Shown one piece after another: positions 49,933 to 62,429 of a stretch of 62,429 nt of DNA. The position numbers and the translations under genes were made by a program. The DNA lies in assembly GCA_038087875.1 (NCBI GenBank), contig JAXLNO010000655.1:558001-620429 (forward strand), read 5' to 3'. The notes under the pieces are model-generated. The model saw only the letters and a list, made by a program, of their open reading frames with translations. It was not told where the DNA came from and did no database searches. Source of the stretch: Malacoraja senta. Its lineage: Eukaryota. Each line of letters begins with the position of its first letter. Positions within the stretch are counted from its first letter, which is position 1.

Positions 49933-50488
49933 ATTGCTAGATTCAAAGGACCAGAAACACTCAGCAGGTCAGGCAGCATCTGTGGGGAGAGACAATGAGT
50001 CAATGTATTGGAGTCGATGACCCTACGTAACAACCATGACAGTGACTGAAGAAGGGTCTCGACCCAAAACGTCACCTATTCCTTTTCTCCAGAGATGCTG
50101 CCTGACCCGATGCGTGCATTAAGTCGCAGAAGGGGGCATTGGGTTGGAAAGGACGGAGGGAATATCTGTGATAGGACGCGGACAGTCAGTGTAATAAATA
50201 CCAGCAGTTGAAGAGTGAAATAAGCTGAAACTAGAGACTGCAGACATCTGTCGAGAGAGAAAAAAGGGGTTCATCTGAAATTGTTATTTAATCTCTCTCT
50301 CTCACTCTCTCTCTCTCTCTTTTTTTTTTTGTTTTCATTGTTTAATCTGCTTTTTATACAGTACATTGTGTTACTACAAGATTTCCATTGTATCTGTATC
50401 TCATTGTGCTTATGTATGTGACAATAAACTCAACTTGGCCTGATTTACCCTCAAGTTGTTGAGGTGTGGAGTAGAGAGTAAAGCATAA

Positions 50489-51923
50489 TCTATTCATTAT
50501 TCTTTTTCTCTCTCTGCGTCTTTCTTTGGCTCTCCACCCCCTCTCCCTTCCCTTATTCATATTCTCTCCCTCTCTTCCTCTCTCTCTCTCTCTCTCTCTC
50601 CCTCTCCCTCTCCCTCTCCCTCTCCCTCTCCCTCTCCCTCTCCCTCTCCATCTCCCTCACCCTCTCCCTCACCCTCTCTCTCTCCCTCTCTCCCTCTCTC
50701 CCTCCTCCGATTTGGCGGTCATTCTATTTGTGCAAAAATGGTTGGCGATTCTCCCATGCTGCGAGTGCACCAAGTTTCGCTCCGATCGATTGAATGTCGT
50801 CAAAATTAGCGAGGTTTAAAAATCTTAAGGACCGCGTGTGCGCAGATCGATCTCTTCTCCCACCTTCCAGCGCCGCGCGGGTTCATCTCTTCCCTTGTCA
50901 CTCCCCAGGATGGTCCGCCCCTTCCTGCGCCATAGCGTCTTTACCGGAGCTGAGGAAAGAGGAGGGACCCGAAGCAGCCCCGCCGCGCGTCAATGTCGCC
51001 AAACAGAGAGCGGAGAGTCTGATCCCGACGGAGGAGAGCATCCAGCGCCCGTTGTGAGTTCCAAACGCACTGCCGTCGCAACACCCCACAGCTCCACCCC
51101 TTTCCCCTTTGCTCCCCCTCACTGGCTCCTGCCCCCTCCCCCGTGATACCCCACTCTTCCTCCATGGCTCTTCCCCATCCTTTCTCCACCCCCGCCCGCA
51201 CGCTGGCTGCCGCGGCCGTAGCTACTGGTGCTTCTGGGAAGAACCGAGACCTGACTCTGAGGGCACCGACGGCTGATGCTCGCAAGAAGTGAGAGGAGCG
51301 GCAACCTTGAGATTCTGGGGAGGGAGAGTGGGGGTGGATAGGGGATACAGGGAGAGGAGGTGAGTTATGGAGGGAGGGAGGAAGTGACTGAGGGTTGGGG
51401 AAAGGAGAGGGAGGAAGAGGTGAGGGATGGATTTGGGGAGGGGAGGGGGAGTGGGAAAAGAAGAGGGGGGAGGAGGAGTGGGAAAAGAAGATGGTGGAGG
51501 TGAGGAGGGAGAATAGCGTAGGATGGGGAATAGAGGTAGAGGAGGGGGAGATAGGGAATGGGGAATAGAGGGAGAGGAGGGCAGTTTGGGGGGTGAGGAG
51601 GGATAGTTTGGGGGATAGGGGGTGAGGAGTGGTGGAGATGGGGGATAGAGGGATAGGAGGGGGTAGGGAGGGGAGAGGAGTTATGGAGGGAGGGAGGGAA
51701 GGAATGACTATGGGTAGGGGAAAGGAGAGGAAGAGAGAGGTGGGGGAGGGGAGGAGGAGAGGGGAAAGAAGAGGGAGGGTGGAGGAGGGGGAGAGAGTGC
51801 TAAGGACGAGGGGAAATGAGCTGCGCCTGTGCAGTAGGGGGGCTATGGGTGAGTGGTGGAATATTGCGTTGGGGGACCAAGCCTCCTGTGTGACAGGGAC
51901 CCAACGGGTCCCACTTAGTCTAG
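50489..51923 (+). mobile_element. Probable non-autonomous Helitron
   Basis: 3' hairpin GGGACCC-AAC-GGGTCCC (51896-51912), then CTAG (51920-51923) followed by T; candidate 5' end A|TCTAT at 50489 is uncertain; no TSD seen. Confidence 0.6.
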
Positions 51924-52311
51924 TTTTGGTCTAAAGACTACATGCAATGATAGATGAAAGGGGTTGGCACAGTGGCGCAGCGTAAGGGTTGCTGCCGTAC
52001 AGCGTCACAGACCCCAGCTAAACACCTGCGCCACCGTGCCGACCTGTAGAACTTGGACTTTTTCTCTGCAATTGTCGTGCTATATCCTTCCACGTGCATT
52101 TTTCTTTCTGCACTAGTGATGGCTTGAGTGTACTCGTGATGGGATGTGAATCACACAAACAAAAGCATTTCACTGTTCCTTGGAACACATGGCATTAACG
52201 AACAAAACCAAGGCAACTTTGGAAAGACTGTGTAACGCGCACCTGCATGTTTCGCAAGGAACCAAAACCAAATCTTTGACAGGTTTTGCCGACCAGACCG
52301 CTAAGAAAATA

Positions 52312-52501
52312 AGAAGGTAGACAAAATTGTTGGAGAAACTCAGCGGGTGCGGCAGCATCTATGGAGCGAAGGAAATAGGCAACGTTTCAGGTCCGAAACG
52401 TTGCCTATTTCCTTTGCTCCATAGATGCTGCTGTACCTGCTGAGTTTCTCCAGCAATTTTGTCTACCTTCGATTCTCAAGCATCTGCAGTTCCTTCTTGA
52501 A
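52312..52501. mobile_element. Fold-back PLE-derived mini-insertion
   Basis: TSD CGCTAAG(A/G)AAATA at 52299-52311 and 52502-52514; near-perfect palindrome. Confidence 0.85.
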
Positions 52502-53046
52502 CGCTAAGGAAATACCTGCCGTGCATTACAGATGCGAAACTTTCATTTCATGCAGATAAGCTCGGCAAACTAGCGTGATGGTTTATAAAGCTGAGAATGG
52601 CCCGTTGTGCAGGGTGCGTGATGCACAAACATGTTCTTAATCGAGCAGAGCAACGAGGAAATGTCATGCCGCCTGCCTTGACATTCACCACCAGTCAGCA
52701 GCGAACGGTTGCAACGCCTTCGAAACATCAGCTCCGAGCATGTTCCTCCATCGAGTGGCTTGCTGACCTTTCTAAATAAGAATGTTTCAGTTGTTAAGTC
52801 AAGTGCAGTAATTGCTCTCCCTGCAAAGTGACTAAACCAGTGGCCTGTGAAACCTCCAGCTGAATTCAGCCAGCGCGTTGTTCAAAGCCTTCAAATACAT
52901 GAGCTGAATCATGATCGTCAAAGGCAACGGGTTTTAGTGCACAGTTCAGCAGATTGGAAAGGGATACGTTTGGCCGAATACTGGCAGTTACCCCGGGACA
53001 ATCATCACACACTTTTTAACCAGAGATGCCCTGGCCTTATTACTAA

Positions 53047-53780
53047 TGGGCCTGTCCCACTTAGGCGTTTTTTCACCAGACTGCCGGCGACTGTCAAGTT
53101 GCCAGCAGTCGCGTGAAAAAACAGCAACTGGAACGGCGACTGTCAGAGTGGAACACACACACAAACACATCGCTTCCTTCACCAGCCGTTACGCAGGCGG
53201 GGTACAGGGCAAGTGGGGGGGGAGCGCTGTCTAAAATATTCACACGGTGCAAAGCCAAGGCGAAACACACACACTGCGATGAAGCACAGTGTATGGTAAG
53301 TCCATTAAAAGAGGGGGAGAAGGGGAGAGAGGGAGTGGAGACAATTTTGAAGAAGCCGGAGATACACGGCTGTGAAGCTCGGCGGATATTTAACATTACC
53401 GGTCGGTTATCCTTGGTTCTGAAAACTGCTGCTTACCTTTCTTTCCCCCAATGAGCCAATTAAATTCACCGGTCAGCACCGGCTACAACCTACCAGAACC
53501 TCCAAGAACCTTCGACCTCCTGGCAACCCACTAGGACCTCCTGGCGACCCACCTACAGCACGAGAATTCTCGCTACTCGCCATGGCGGCTTCATTCTAGT
53601 CGCCGCTAATTTTTCAACAAGTTGAAAAACCCGCGGCAACCATAATGAGGCCGCGACTAGTTTCCAGAATGCGGGAACTCCTCACGACCATGAAGGCGAA
53701 CTCTCGGCAACCACCCGCGAACATGTGGCCACCATGTCTCCTGCAGTCGCCTAAAAAGTTGCCTAAGTGGGACAGGCCCT
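53047..53780. mobile_element. Harbinger-type MITE, subfamily C (734 bp)
   Basis: TIR GGGCCTGTCCCACTTAGGC / GCCTAAGTGGGACAGGCCCT; flanks TAA/TGA. Confidence 0.85.
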
Positions 53781-54024
53781 TGATAACCTTTGAGGGATGA
53801 CATGAATAGGAAGGAACTGCAGATGCTGGTTAAACCGAAGATAGACACAAATGCTGGTGTAACTCAGAGGGACAAGTAGCATCTCTGGAGAGAAGGAATG
53901 GGTGATGTTTTGGGTCGAGACCCTTCTTCCGAAGCAGGGTCTCGACCCAAAACATCACCCATTTCTTCTCTCCAGAGAGTTCCTCTCCAGAGATCCAATA
54001 GTGAAATGCAACAATGAAGAGCTA

Positions 54025-54260
54025 AGGGCCTGTCCCACTTGGTGATTTTTTCGGCGACTCCCGGCATCATATCAGTATTGCCAAAAGGTTTTGAACATTT
54101 CAAAATCCAGCAGCGACAAAGAAAATGTTGCGTAACTTGAAAAAACACCGCCGCGTCATACGTCATCGCGCCACATCATGCCGCGTATTTTTCGGTGACC
54201 TGGTACGTCAGTCAATGATGCCAGCAGTCGCCGAAAAAATCGCCAAGTGGGACAGGCCCT
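54025..54260. mobile_element. Harbinger-type MITE, subfamily D (236 bp)
   Basis: ~35-bp TIR AGGGCCTGTCCCACTTGG(T/C)GATTTTTTCGGCGACT; flanks CTA/TTA. Confidence 0.87.
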
Positions 54261-54796
54261 TTACTCCAGCTTTTTGTGTCTATTGGAGGATTACATGATA
54301 CAGGTTGAGTAAAAGTATATAAAACGCTGAGAGGCGTAGATAGGGTAGACAGTCAGAACCATTTACCCAGTGTGGAAATGTCAAAGACTTGAGGGTATAG
54401 CTTTAATATGAGAGGGCAAAGTTGAAAGGAGATGTCCAGGGTAAGTTGTTTTTATAGAGCGGGTGTTGGGTGTCAGGAATATGCTGCCAGCCGTGGTGGT
54501 GGAGGCGGATACGATAGTGGCGTTTAAGACTGATAGGCACACACTAAACATTAGTCCCTGTATCCTGTATCTGTAAACTGTGGATGGCTCGATTGTAATC
54601 ATGTACAGACTTTCCGTTGACTCGATAGCACACAACAAAAAAGCTTTTGACTGTACCTCGGTACACGTGACAATAAACTAAATTATTTATGCAGGGAATG
54701 GAGGACGTGGATCACGTTCAGGCAGAGGAGATGAACCTGGCATCTTGTTCAGCACACAACATTTTGGGTCAATGACTTGTACCTGTGGTGTACTTT

Positions 54797-55113
54797 TTAG
54801 TTTAGTTTGGTTTAGAGATACAGCGCAGAAACAGGTCCCTCGGTTCACCGGGTCCGCACCGACCGGCGATCCCCGCACATTAACACTATCCCACAAACAC
54901 TAGGGACAGTTTTTACATTTACCAAGCCAATTAACCTACACACCTGTTCGTCTTTGGAGTGTGGGAGGAAACCGAAGATCTCGGAGAAGACCCACGCAGG
55001 TCACGGGGAGAACGTACAAACTCCGTACAGACAGCGTCCGTAGTCGGGATCGAACCCGGGTCTCCGGTGTTGCCTTCGCTGTAAGGCAGCAACTCTACCG
55101 CTGCGCCACCGTG
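54797..55113 (-). mobile_element. HE1-like V-SINE
   Basis: Full-length copy. Confidence 0.87.
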
Positions 55114-55494
55114 ACCGTCCCCGTGACTGTTCTATGTTCAATGTTAGAGGTGACAGTGATGGGAAGCAGCCTCCTTCATGCTTCTTATCGTACTTTTGTG
55201 CCCATTGTTAAAGTTAAAACCAGCATAAATTCACTGTCACGCACTTCACACCACGACACCAGCTAAAATGAGCCCCATGCAGGGTTGTATTGTTCTATGT
55301 CATATGTTAGAAAATCAGGTCCCAATGACATGTGCAGTAATTTGTTTAACGCAAGCAAAAGCGAATGAAATACAAACAGAGAATGCTGGAAACACTCAGT
55401 AAGTCAGCCAGCATCTGTGGGGAGAGAATCGGTGCACATGTTACTGCACTCAGAAGATCGAATGGCCACTGCCCTGTCATGTTGATTGATCGAT

Positions 55495-55783
55495 AGAAGG
55501 ATACGGCATAGAAACAGGCCTTTCGGCCCACTGAGTCCACGCTGACCATCCATTACCCGTTCACGCCGGTTCTGTGTTATCCCACATTACCACTCCTTAC
55601 ACACTTGAAGCAATCTGCAGAGGGCAATTTTTGGAATGTGGGAGGAAACCCGAGCACCTGAAGGAAACCCAGGCGGTCACAGGGAGAACGTGCAAACTCC
55701 ACGCAGATGGCACCCAAGGTCAAGATCGAACCCGGGCCTCCGGCGCTGTGAGGCAGCAGCTCTACCAGCTGTGCTACCGTGCC
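55495..55783 (-). mobile_element. V-SINE, divergent subfamily
   Basis: Same architecture with a different tail. Confidence 0.75.
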
Positions 55784-56154
55784 TGAGCATTTGTTACATT
55801 TAAGGAACTCCCCACTCACTGCACGGTGAAATTCTTTCTGCAACGATCACACGTGCAAAGTCGCCATATTTTGGCGCCATTTAGAAAAAGTCCAAAGTCT
55901 GGCCCACGCGCTTGATGTTACATGTTTACATAAACATCCACCGCAGGTCACGGGGAGAACTCTGTGCAGACAAACATCCGTAGTCAGGATCGAACCCGGG
56001 TCTTTGGCGCTGCAAGGCAGTAGCTCTACTGCTGCGCCACCGTCCTGAGTGGATGGAAGCTGGATCATGCGGAGAATGTAAAGCAGAGATGGATAAATAT
56101 TTGATCAAGGGCTATGGAGCAATGGCACAGGAGAGGATTTGTCACAGGAGAAAT

Positions 56155-56855
56155 ACCACCAGGGGGCGCTGCCACAATTGGCAGCCTCGCCAACAGTCTC
56201 TGTTTTTCGTCTTTTTGTTATTTTTAGTGTGTTTTAAACGTTTGTGTAAATGTTCTCGGGTTTGTTTTATGTGGGGAGAGGGGGGAACTTTTTTTTCAGT
56301 CTCTTACCTTGCCGGAAATGTGATTGTTTTCCGGGTGGTATCTCCGGTCGCTCTGCGGCCTAACACCTGGAGCTGGTGGCCTTGCTCGAGACTGACTTTA
56401 AGCCCCACAGCGGGGCATGGACTTACCATCGGATCAACCTCCAAGACTTTTCCGAGAGCTCGCAGTCTCGGGGGAGACCGAGTCGGGAGCTCCATCGATG
56501 CAGAGGTTCGACCAGCCCTGACCCGGGGTCCGATCGCTCGGCGCGGGAGTGCTGTGATCCCCCCCCTGATGCGGGAGCTTGATTGCCTCGACGAGGAGGG
56601 CCCGACTGCCTGCTACGGGAATAAGATCGTCCCGTCAACGGAAGGCTCGAGGCCCCCAACAAAGGGAAGAGATTTAACTTTTCTTTTGCCTTCCATCAAA
56701 GTGAGGAATGTGGGGAAGTCACTGTGGTGGATGTTGATGTTAAAATGTATTTTGTGTGTTTGTTTGCTTATTATTTGTATGACTGACTTGGCAAATGAAA
56801 TTCCTCGTATGTTGCAAAACATACTGGGCTAATAAAGTATTAATGTATTGTGTTG
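56155..56855 (+). mobile_element. GC-rich non-coding retroposon with LINE-type tail
   Basis: 5' hairpin GCTGCCA-CAAT-TGGCAGC, T-rich block, CpG-rich body, GAAATTCCTCGTATG..CATAC..AATAAAG tail; interrupts a CR1 3' end. Confidence 0.5.
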
Positions 56856-58063
56856 TATAGTATATTTGAGTCCAGCCTAGATCAGCCAGGATCTTATTAA
56901 ATGATGGCTAGGTTTGAAGGGTTCCTACTCTCAGAGTCATAGTGTCAATGAGTGATGCGGTGTGGAAACAGGCCCTTCAGCCCAACATGCCCACACCGTC
57001 CAACATGCCCCAGCTACATTAATCCCACCTGCTAGCATTTGGTCCATATCCCGCCAAACCTGTCCTATCCATGTGCCTGCTAACAGCTTCTTAAATGCTG
57101 GGATAGTCCCTGGCCTCAACGACCACATCTGGGCAGCTTGTTCCATACATCCACCACCGTCTGTGTGAAAAGTTACCCCTCTTTCTCCTGTTTCCTTGTG
57201 TTGTGTGCTTGTAGTGGCCATTTGGCCTGTTTTGCATGTCATTGATGATGGCATGTGTCTTTACATGTTACACTGCCAGTTATATTGTGGGTGGGATTAA
57301 TGAGGTGTTTTTGGCCTTGTTTGGAGCTTAGATGCTTGCGCAGAAGTTTAGTTTTTAGATTAGTTTGAGAGACGATGGGGAAGGTTAACCCTTCGACATG
57401 CGGGGTCCATGCGAGATCTAAAGGAGATCATTCCAGTGTAATGGAGACACGAGGAGTTGTCTAATGTTTAAAGTAATAAGCTGGAGTTCGATGAAGATTT
57501 GCAGTAACGTCGGAAGAAGTTTGGATGTATCTTACCGTTTTCTATCAACAATAAAGCATTTATTCATCTGAAGACTGTGTTTTCAAAGAATTATCTGTGA
57601 AGAAGCTCTGAAGGTCCCTGTGAGTGAGCTCGCATGCGTTTGAAGGCACCCCCTTCAACCATGCTCATCCATTTAGCGGCTAGGGTGCTAATTTCCTGAA
57701 AGATATGAAAATTTGCTGCTACATACATTTTGCCACTTCAGACACTTGCTCCACTCAACCTCTGATGCTCAAAAGCATCACAGAAATAAATAGCTTCTAA
57801 TCCCTCCCATTCTATCCGCAACACTTCCACCTATAACACCTCCTGTCTAGCTTTCATCATAACCTCTCTTCAAAGATGTTGGCTACATCTTTAATCCTCG
57901 AGTCTTATCCGCCAGATCAATTAGATTCTCTGTAGACCTTTTAACATGATGCGTCTCAGTAACGGCTGCCAGATCACATCGCAATGTTGAATGTGTGGCG
58001 GTGTTTCATTCATTTAGCACAAGTTCCAGAAGATTCCAGTTATAGGAAGAACATTTAGTCGGG

Positions 58064-58274
58064 TACAGACACAAAATGCTGGAGTAACTCAGCGGGGCAG
58101 GCAGCATCTCTGGAGAGAAGGAATGGGTGATGTTTCGGGTCGAGTCCGAAGATGGGACTCTACCCGAAACATCACAAATTCCTTCTCTCCAGAGATGCTG
58201 CCCTGACCCGCTGAGTTACTCCAGCACTTTGTGTCTATCTTCAGTATAAACCAGCATCTGCAGTTCCTCACTAC
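58064..58274. mobile_element. Fold-back PLE-derived mini-insertion
   Basis: TSD ACATTTAGT(C/T)GGG at 58051-58063 and 58275-58287. Confidence 0.85.
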
Positions 58275-58477
58275 ACATTTAGTTGGGAAAAACATCCCAG
58301 GTAATATCTCAGCTGTAAATCTTTTATTTTGCACATTGCTCTTTCTTGCTTTCAATCACTTGATTTCCTTTCTCTTCAAGAGTAATATCCGGATCAGCAG
58401 TTCTGACCTTTCTTGCCTTTTTATCTCATTTCAAAATTAATATTACGGTTGCTTTTTCCCAACATACCTATGTTTTC

Positions 58478-58794
58478 TCATGAAGGGAGATCTCATTGAA
58501 ACCTGCCGAATAATGAAAGGCTTACTTAGAGTGGATGCGCAGAGGATGTTTTCAATAATGGAAAAGTCCAAGGCCAGAGGGCACATCCTCAGAGTAAAAG
58601 AACATACCTTTAGAAAAGAGTTGAGGAGGATTTTCTTTAGCCAGAGGGCGGTGAATCTGTGGAATTTATTACTGCAGATGGCTGTGGAGGCCAAGAAAAT
58701 GGGTATTTTTAAAGCAGATTGACAGGTTCTTGATTAATAAGGGCGTCAAAGGTTGTGGGGAGAAGGCAGGAGAATGGAGCTGAGAGTGAAAAAT
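58478..58794 (+). mobile_element. CR1 3' fragment, cut by the DIRS right end
   Basis: MKGDLIETCRIMKG..FFSQRAVNLWN; 3'UTR missing at the junction. Confidence 0.85.
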
Positions 58795-59297
58795 AAAATA
58801 GTAAGATTAAACGAGAACTTACCAGTTTGAAGTTTGATTTGTATTTTATGAGGAGTTACGATGAGGGATTACGTGAAGAGCCCGTCCAGCACGCATGCGC
58901 GACATTCTTCAAAGCAGCGGTGTGGAATCACAGGAAACACAATAATTGAAATAAACATAGTAAAGAAAAGGAGAACTAAGATACCAGTTGTTCTATAATT
59001 GAGGGTGGGAGCGGAGGGCACGTAATCCCTCATCGTAACTCCTCATAAAATACAGATCAAACTTCAAACTGGTAAGTTCTCGTTTTAATCTTACTATTTT
59101 ACTTCGGAGTCACGTGAGTGACTACGTGAAGATTTTAAAGCTCTGTGATTTCAAACCGTGTAACAGTTCATACTTCACTCGCTGCCGAAGTCATTCAAGG
59201 GAGGAAGTATGTTATCGTAATCAACCATAATCTGTTTGTAAACAATAATGGTATCTATTAAACAATAACAAAAGACAAAATGCTCACCCGGGCTTAA

Positions 59298-60245
59298 ATT
59301 ATATATTTTTGCAGATTTTAAAAGTTTCTGCAAATAACACAGGTTCTGCTAGCGGCTTGTGGTAGAACGTTTGGAACGTTTTCTCCATGTTCATTCTTTT
59401 AGCCGCCGATGTGGATGCTGCCCTGGTGGAGTGAGATTATATACATCAGTATCTACTCCAGCAGCTCCCAGTACCTGCTTGAGCCATCTCGAGATGGTTT
59501 GGCTCGACACCCAACCATGAGGTTTCTTGTGGCTGACCCATAAGGCTTTTTTTTTTTTTTTTTTTTCACTTCTCCCTCGAGAATCTCTTGTTGTGTTGAT
59601 GTAAGTGAATAAGTGAGTCATGACACACAACCGTAGGTCAGGTGGGTATGCCCTGAAATCCATAACTAGGACTCAAGTTCCTGGGTTGCTCTGCTTTAGC
59701 AGCTCCTGAATGGTGAATGAGACCCGGTCTGGTGTTATAACCATGTTGTCCAGTCGCAGTAAGTGGAGGGACTGGACTCTTTGTGCTGAGACTAGTGGCA
59801 TCAGCATGACCGTTTTCAGGGTTAGCTTTTCCAGGGTGAGACCTGGTTGGGGACCTTCCCCTTAGGTATGTCAGGACCACACTGACATCCCAGATTTGGG
59901 TATACCTAGGTCTAAGAGGGTTGGAGTTGACGATACTCCTCATGAGTTTGATCACCAGCGGTTGAGACCCTATGGCCTGTTGTCCTGGCACCTGTTTTAA
60001 GTAGGCTGACAGCGCACATCTGGCAGTATTTGATGGCGCTGTAGCTCAATCCTTCCTTATGGTGAAGGCCCCCCAGGAACTCCAGTACATTGGTTATGGT
60101 TGCAGATGAGTACGTTGTCCCAGTAGTCGAGCAGTATCTTTCCCACTTCCTGATGCTCGATAGGTATTGTTTCCTGGTGGACATACGGTGTCATCATGTT
60201 GATGGTCCTGTCAGACACCCAGTCCCAGCAGTGGTCTTTTGATAA
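59298..60245 (-). pseudogene. DIRS tyrosine recombinase, disrupted
   Basis: STRKQYLSSIRKWERYC, RPRYTQIWDVSVVL, ALWVSHKKPH..SQTISRWLKQVL. Confidence 0.88.
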
Positions 60246-62133
60246 TCTGCAACCCAGTAGGTTAATTTTGTCATGGCATGGATGACTTATGCCTGATACA
60301 GGGTGCGTCAATAGGTCTGGGCTACTGGAAAGATCAGAGGAGTTCGATGACCATGTCGAGGACCACTGGGAACCATGGCTGTGTAGGCCAGTTGGTACTA
60401 TCAAAATACCTGAAGCAGAGTCCATCTCTATTTTGCGTAGTACCCTACAGATTAAGGCAGAAGGGGGGGGGGGAAGCATAGAAGAAATAGGTCCCCCAGT
60501 TCAGCGCGAATGCATCTATCGCTGCTGCCTCAGGGTGTGGTTCCCAAGGGACATACATTGGTATGTGGTGATTTAGTCTGGATGCAAAGAGATCGATATC
60601 TGGTGTGCCATATTGGTTTGTAATTTAGCAAAAGCTCTAGGATTTAAAAACCATTCGGTGTTAATCATTGAATTTGCATGACCTGGCACTGTATTTAGCT
60701 TACCTGGTAGGTAAGTTGCTGATAGCCAAATATGTCTATCGACCCACCATTACCAGATTGTGTTGACCCAATTGTCACATGATATCGATTTTATTTCGCC
60801 CATATGGTTAATATAGGCCACCACCGTGATATTATCAATTTGTAAATGAACATGCAAGTTGTGCATATTCCTAGAATATGCTTTAAAACCATAAAACGCA
60901 CCCAACATTTCCAAATAATTTATGCCCAGTGTTTGTAGTAAAGATGAGTCTAGGTTAGTCCATCTACCACCTGTGCTGGATATGGTATTAGTTGCTCCCC
61001 AGCCTTGAGCACTGGCATCTGTTTGTATAGTTAACGTTGGGTTATTGATGATGATAGGGCTGGAACTATGCCAAATGTGTTATATCCACCATTGTAACTC
61101 TGATATTGCTTCAATGGGTAGTTTCATTGTTCGGTCAAAGTGAGCTGCATGTCGTTTCAACGCCTGTACTTTTGCCCTTTGTAGGTGCTGATAGTGCAGG
61201 AGTCCAAATTGTGTAGCTGAAAATGCTGCTACCATTTTGCCAATTACTCTTGCCACTTGTCGGATGGTTGGTCGATTGCTTACCATTAAATTGTTGCACG
61301 TCTGTGCCAATTCTGCTGCTTTACCTTTTGGCAACATTACAGACATGTGGATTGAGTTAATTGTGAATCCCAGATAGTCCATAGTTGTGGATGGCGTCAA
61401 CTTAGATTTATCTGGATGTATGACAAATCCCAGGGTTTCAAACAATTGTTTGGTAGCTAATACAGCTGATTTAGCCAACTCCATGGTTTTGCCTACTATT
61501 AGGATATGATCAAGATACGCCATGACAATATGTCTTTGTTTCCTTAATGTTGCCAAGGCTGGTTTTTAATATCTTGGTAAATAGTCTAGGGCTGATGTCA
61601 ACCCATTAGGCAACACTTTATACTGCCATAGTTGCCCCATCCAGGTAAATTTCAGGTATTTGCGATGACCCTTGTGAATGGTTACTGAATAGTAAGCATC
61701 TTTTAAATCAATGCTTGCCATAAAGTATCGTTTGGAAATCAGTTGTTTAGCAGTTACAAATGTTTCCATTTTGAAATGTACATACTTAACAAAGGTATTT
61801 AGTGAGGTTAAGTCAATGATGATGCGACATCCACCATCTTTTTTACTTTTGGTAAATATATTTGAGACAAATTCCAAAGGATCATGTTTGGATTTCTCAA
61901 TGACACCCTTTGTAAGTAACCTCACCAGTTCTGCTTGAGCCTCTAGTTCTCTTTGACTGAGAGGGTAAAGACCCTTTGGGGTACGTGCTGAACTGGTGAC
62001 ATGTTTTCTTGAATGAACTCTATTTTGTATCCCCGAATACTGTTAAGTATATAACTATCATTCGTGAGACACCTCCTGTTAGTACAGTTCCCTGATTTAC
62101 ATGCTGGTAGGAACCAGACCCACCTACCTCCAT
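60240..62133 (-). pseudogene. DIRS pol (RT, RNase H, MT), frameshifted
   Basis: SIDLKDAYY, YLDH (mutated YLDD), TDASAQGWG, DIDLFASRLNH, MDSASGILIVP. Confidence 0.9.
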
Positions 62134-62135
62134 AG

Positions 62136-62429
62136 TTATGGTAGTGTTCCTTTCTTCCGTTTGTTCATCCGTCGTTATACTGCTGGATGTACTGCTGATG
62201 TACTGCTGATTGGGGGTGGCGCATTTTCCATGGGGTCCGCTCTGGGCCCTGGCCTAAAAAGGCTTTCGGGGATAGTATGCGGACCCCGAGCTTTCACCAG
62301 TTCCATAAATTTGACCTTGACTGGTGGACGCGGTGGGGTACTGCCGTCTGGTTTTTTGTGTGGGTCTGCTCGTTCCGGGGCTGCCCTCATGAGGCCAAAT
62401 GCTTTGGACTCTTCCTCCAGGTCTTTCAC
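62136..62429 (-). pseudogene. DIRS gag C-terminal remnant
   Basis: KDLEEESKAFGLMRA matches RDMEEAATSFGLMRA of the first copy. Confidence 0.75.

Larger units (their letters stand above)
58795..62429 (-). mobile_element. Second DIRS1-like retrotransposon (5' end beyond window), degenerate
   Basis: Right terminus 58795-58880, ICR 59019-59131, YR, MT, RNase H, RT and gag remnants homologous to 8047-12460. Confidence 0.95.

Noticed and set aside
50700..51300. Host gene promoter or first exon
   Set aside because: Lies inside an interval ending in a Helitron 3' signature; no credible ORF or recognisable protein. Not fully excluded.
56053..56832. 259-aa ORF
   Set aside because: Crosses a SINE flank, a CR1 relic and a GC-rich retroposon; no domain recognised. 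Other short GC-rich ORFs (43035-43547, 49260-49884) are rejected likewise.
57280..58050. Possible novel or foreign unique sequence
   Set aside because: Weak resemblance to a decayed SINE tail and an old CR1; no ORF or defensible structure.

Overview
This is eukaryotic, repeat-saturated vertebrate DNA. It is most likely a cartilaginous fish (skate or ray), inferred from HE1-like V-SINEs with CR1 tails, Deu-SINE relics and the LINE complement. I recognise no host protein-coding exon, tRNA or rRNA gene. Contents: (1) two DIRS1-type tyrosine-recombinase retrotransposons. One is structurally complete at 8047-12460 with ITRs and ICR; the other runs off the right edge at 58795-62429. Both carry degenerate gag, RT-RNaseH-adenine-methyltransferase and YR frames. 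(2) Young 5'-truncated Rex1/Babar (776-aa open frame) and CR1 (721-aa open frame) LINEs, plus L1 fragments. (3) Neptune-type Penelope-like (PLE) fragments, and about 20 short PLE 3'-end copies, often fold-back, several with 13-16 bp TSDs. These carry a minimal hammerhead-ribozyme core. (4) Five Harbinger-type MITEs, a 1.6-kb hAT non-autonomous element and a probable non-autonomous Helitron. (5) About 20 HE1-like SINEs, microsatellites, a 26-bp VNTR and a 200-N gap. 3614-13528 is a nested stack of six elements whose insertion order can be read from the junctions. Repeat boundaries were placed by eye and family names come from motif recognition, not database searches.
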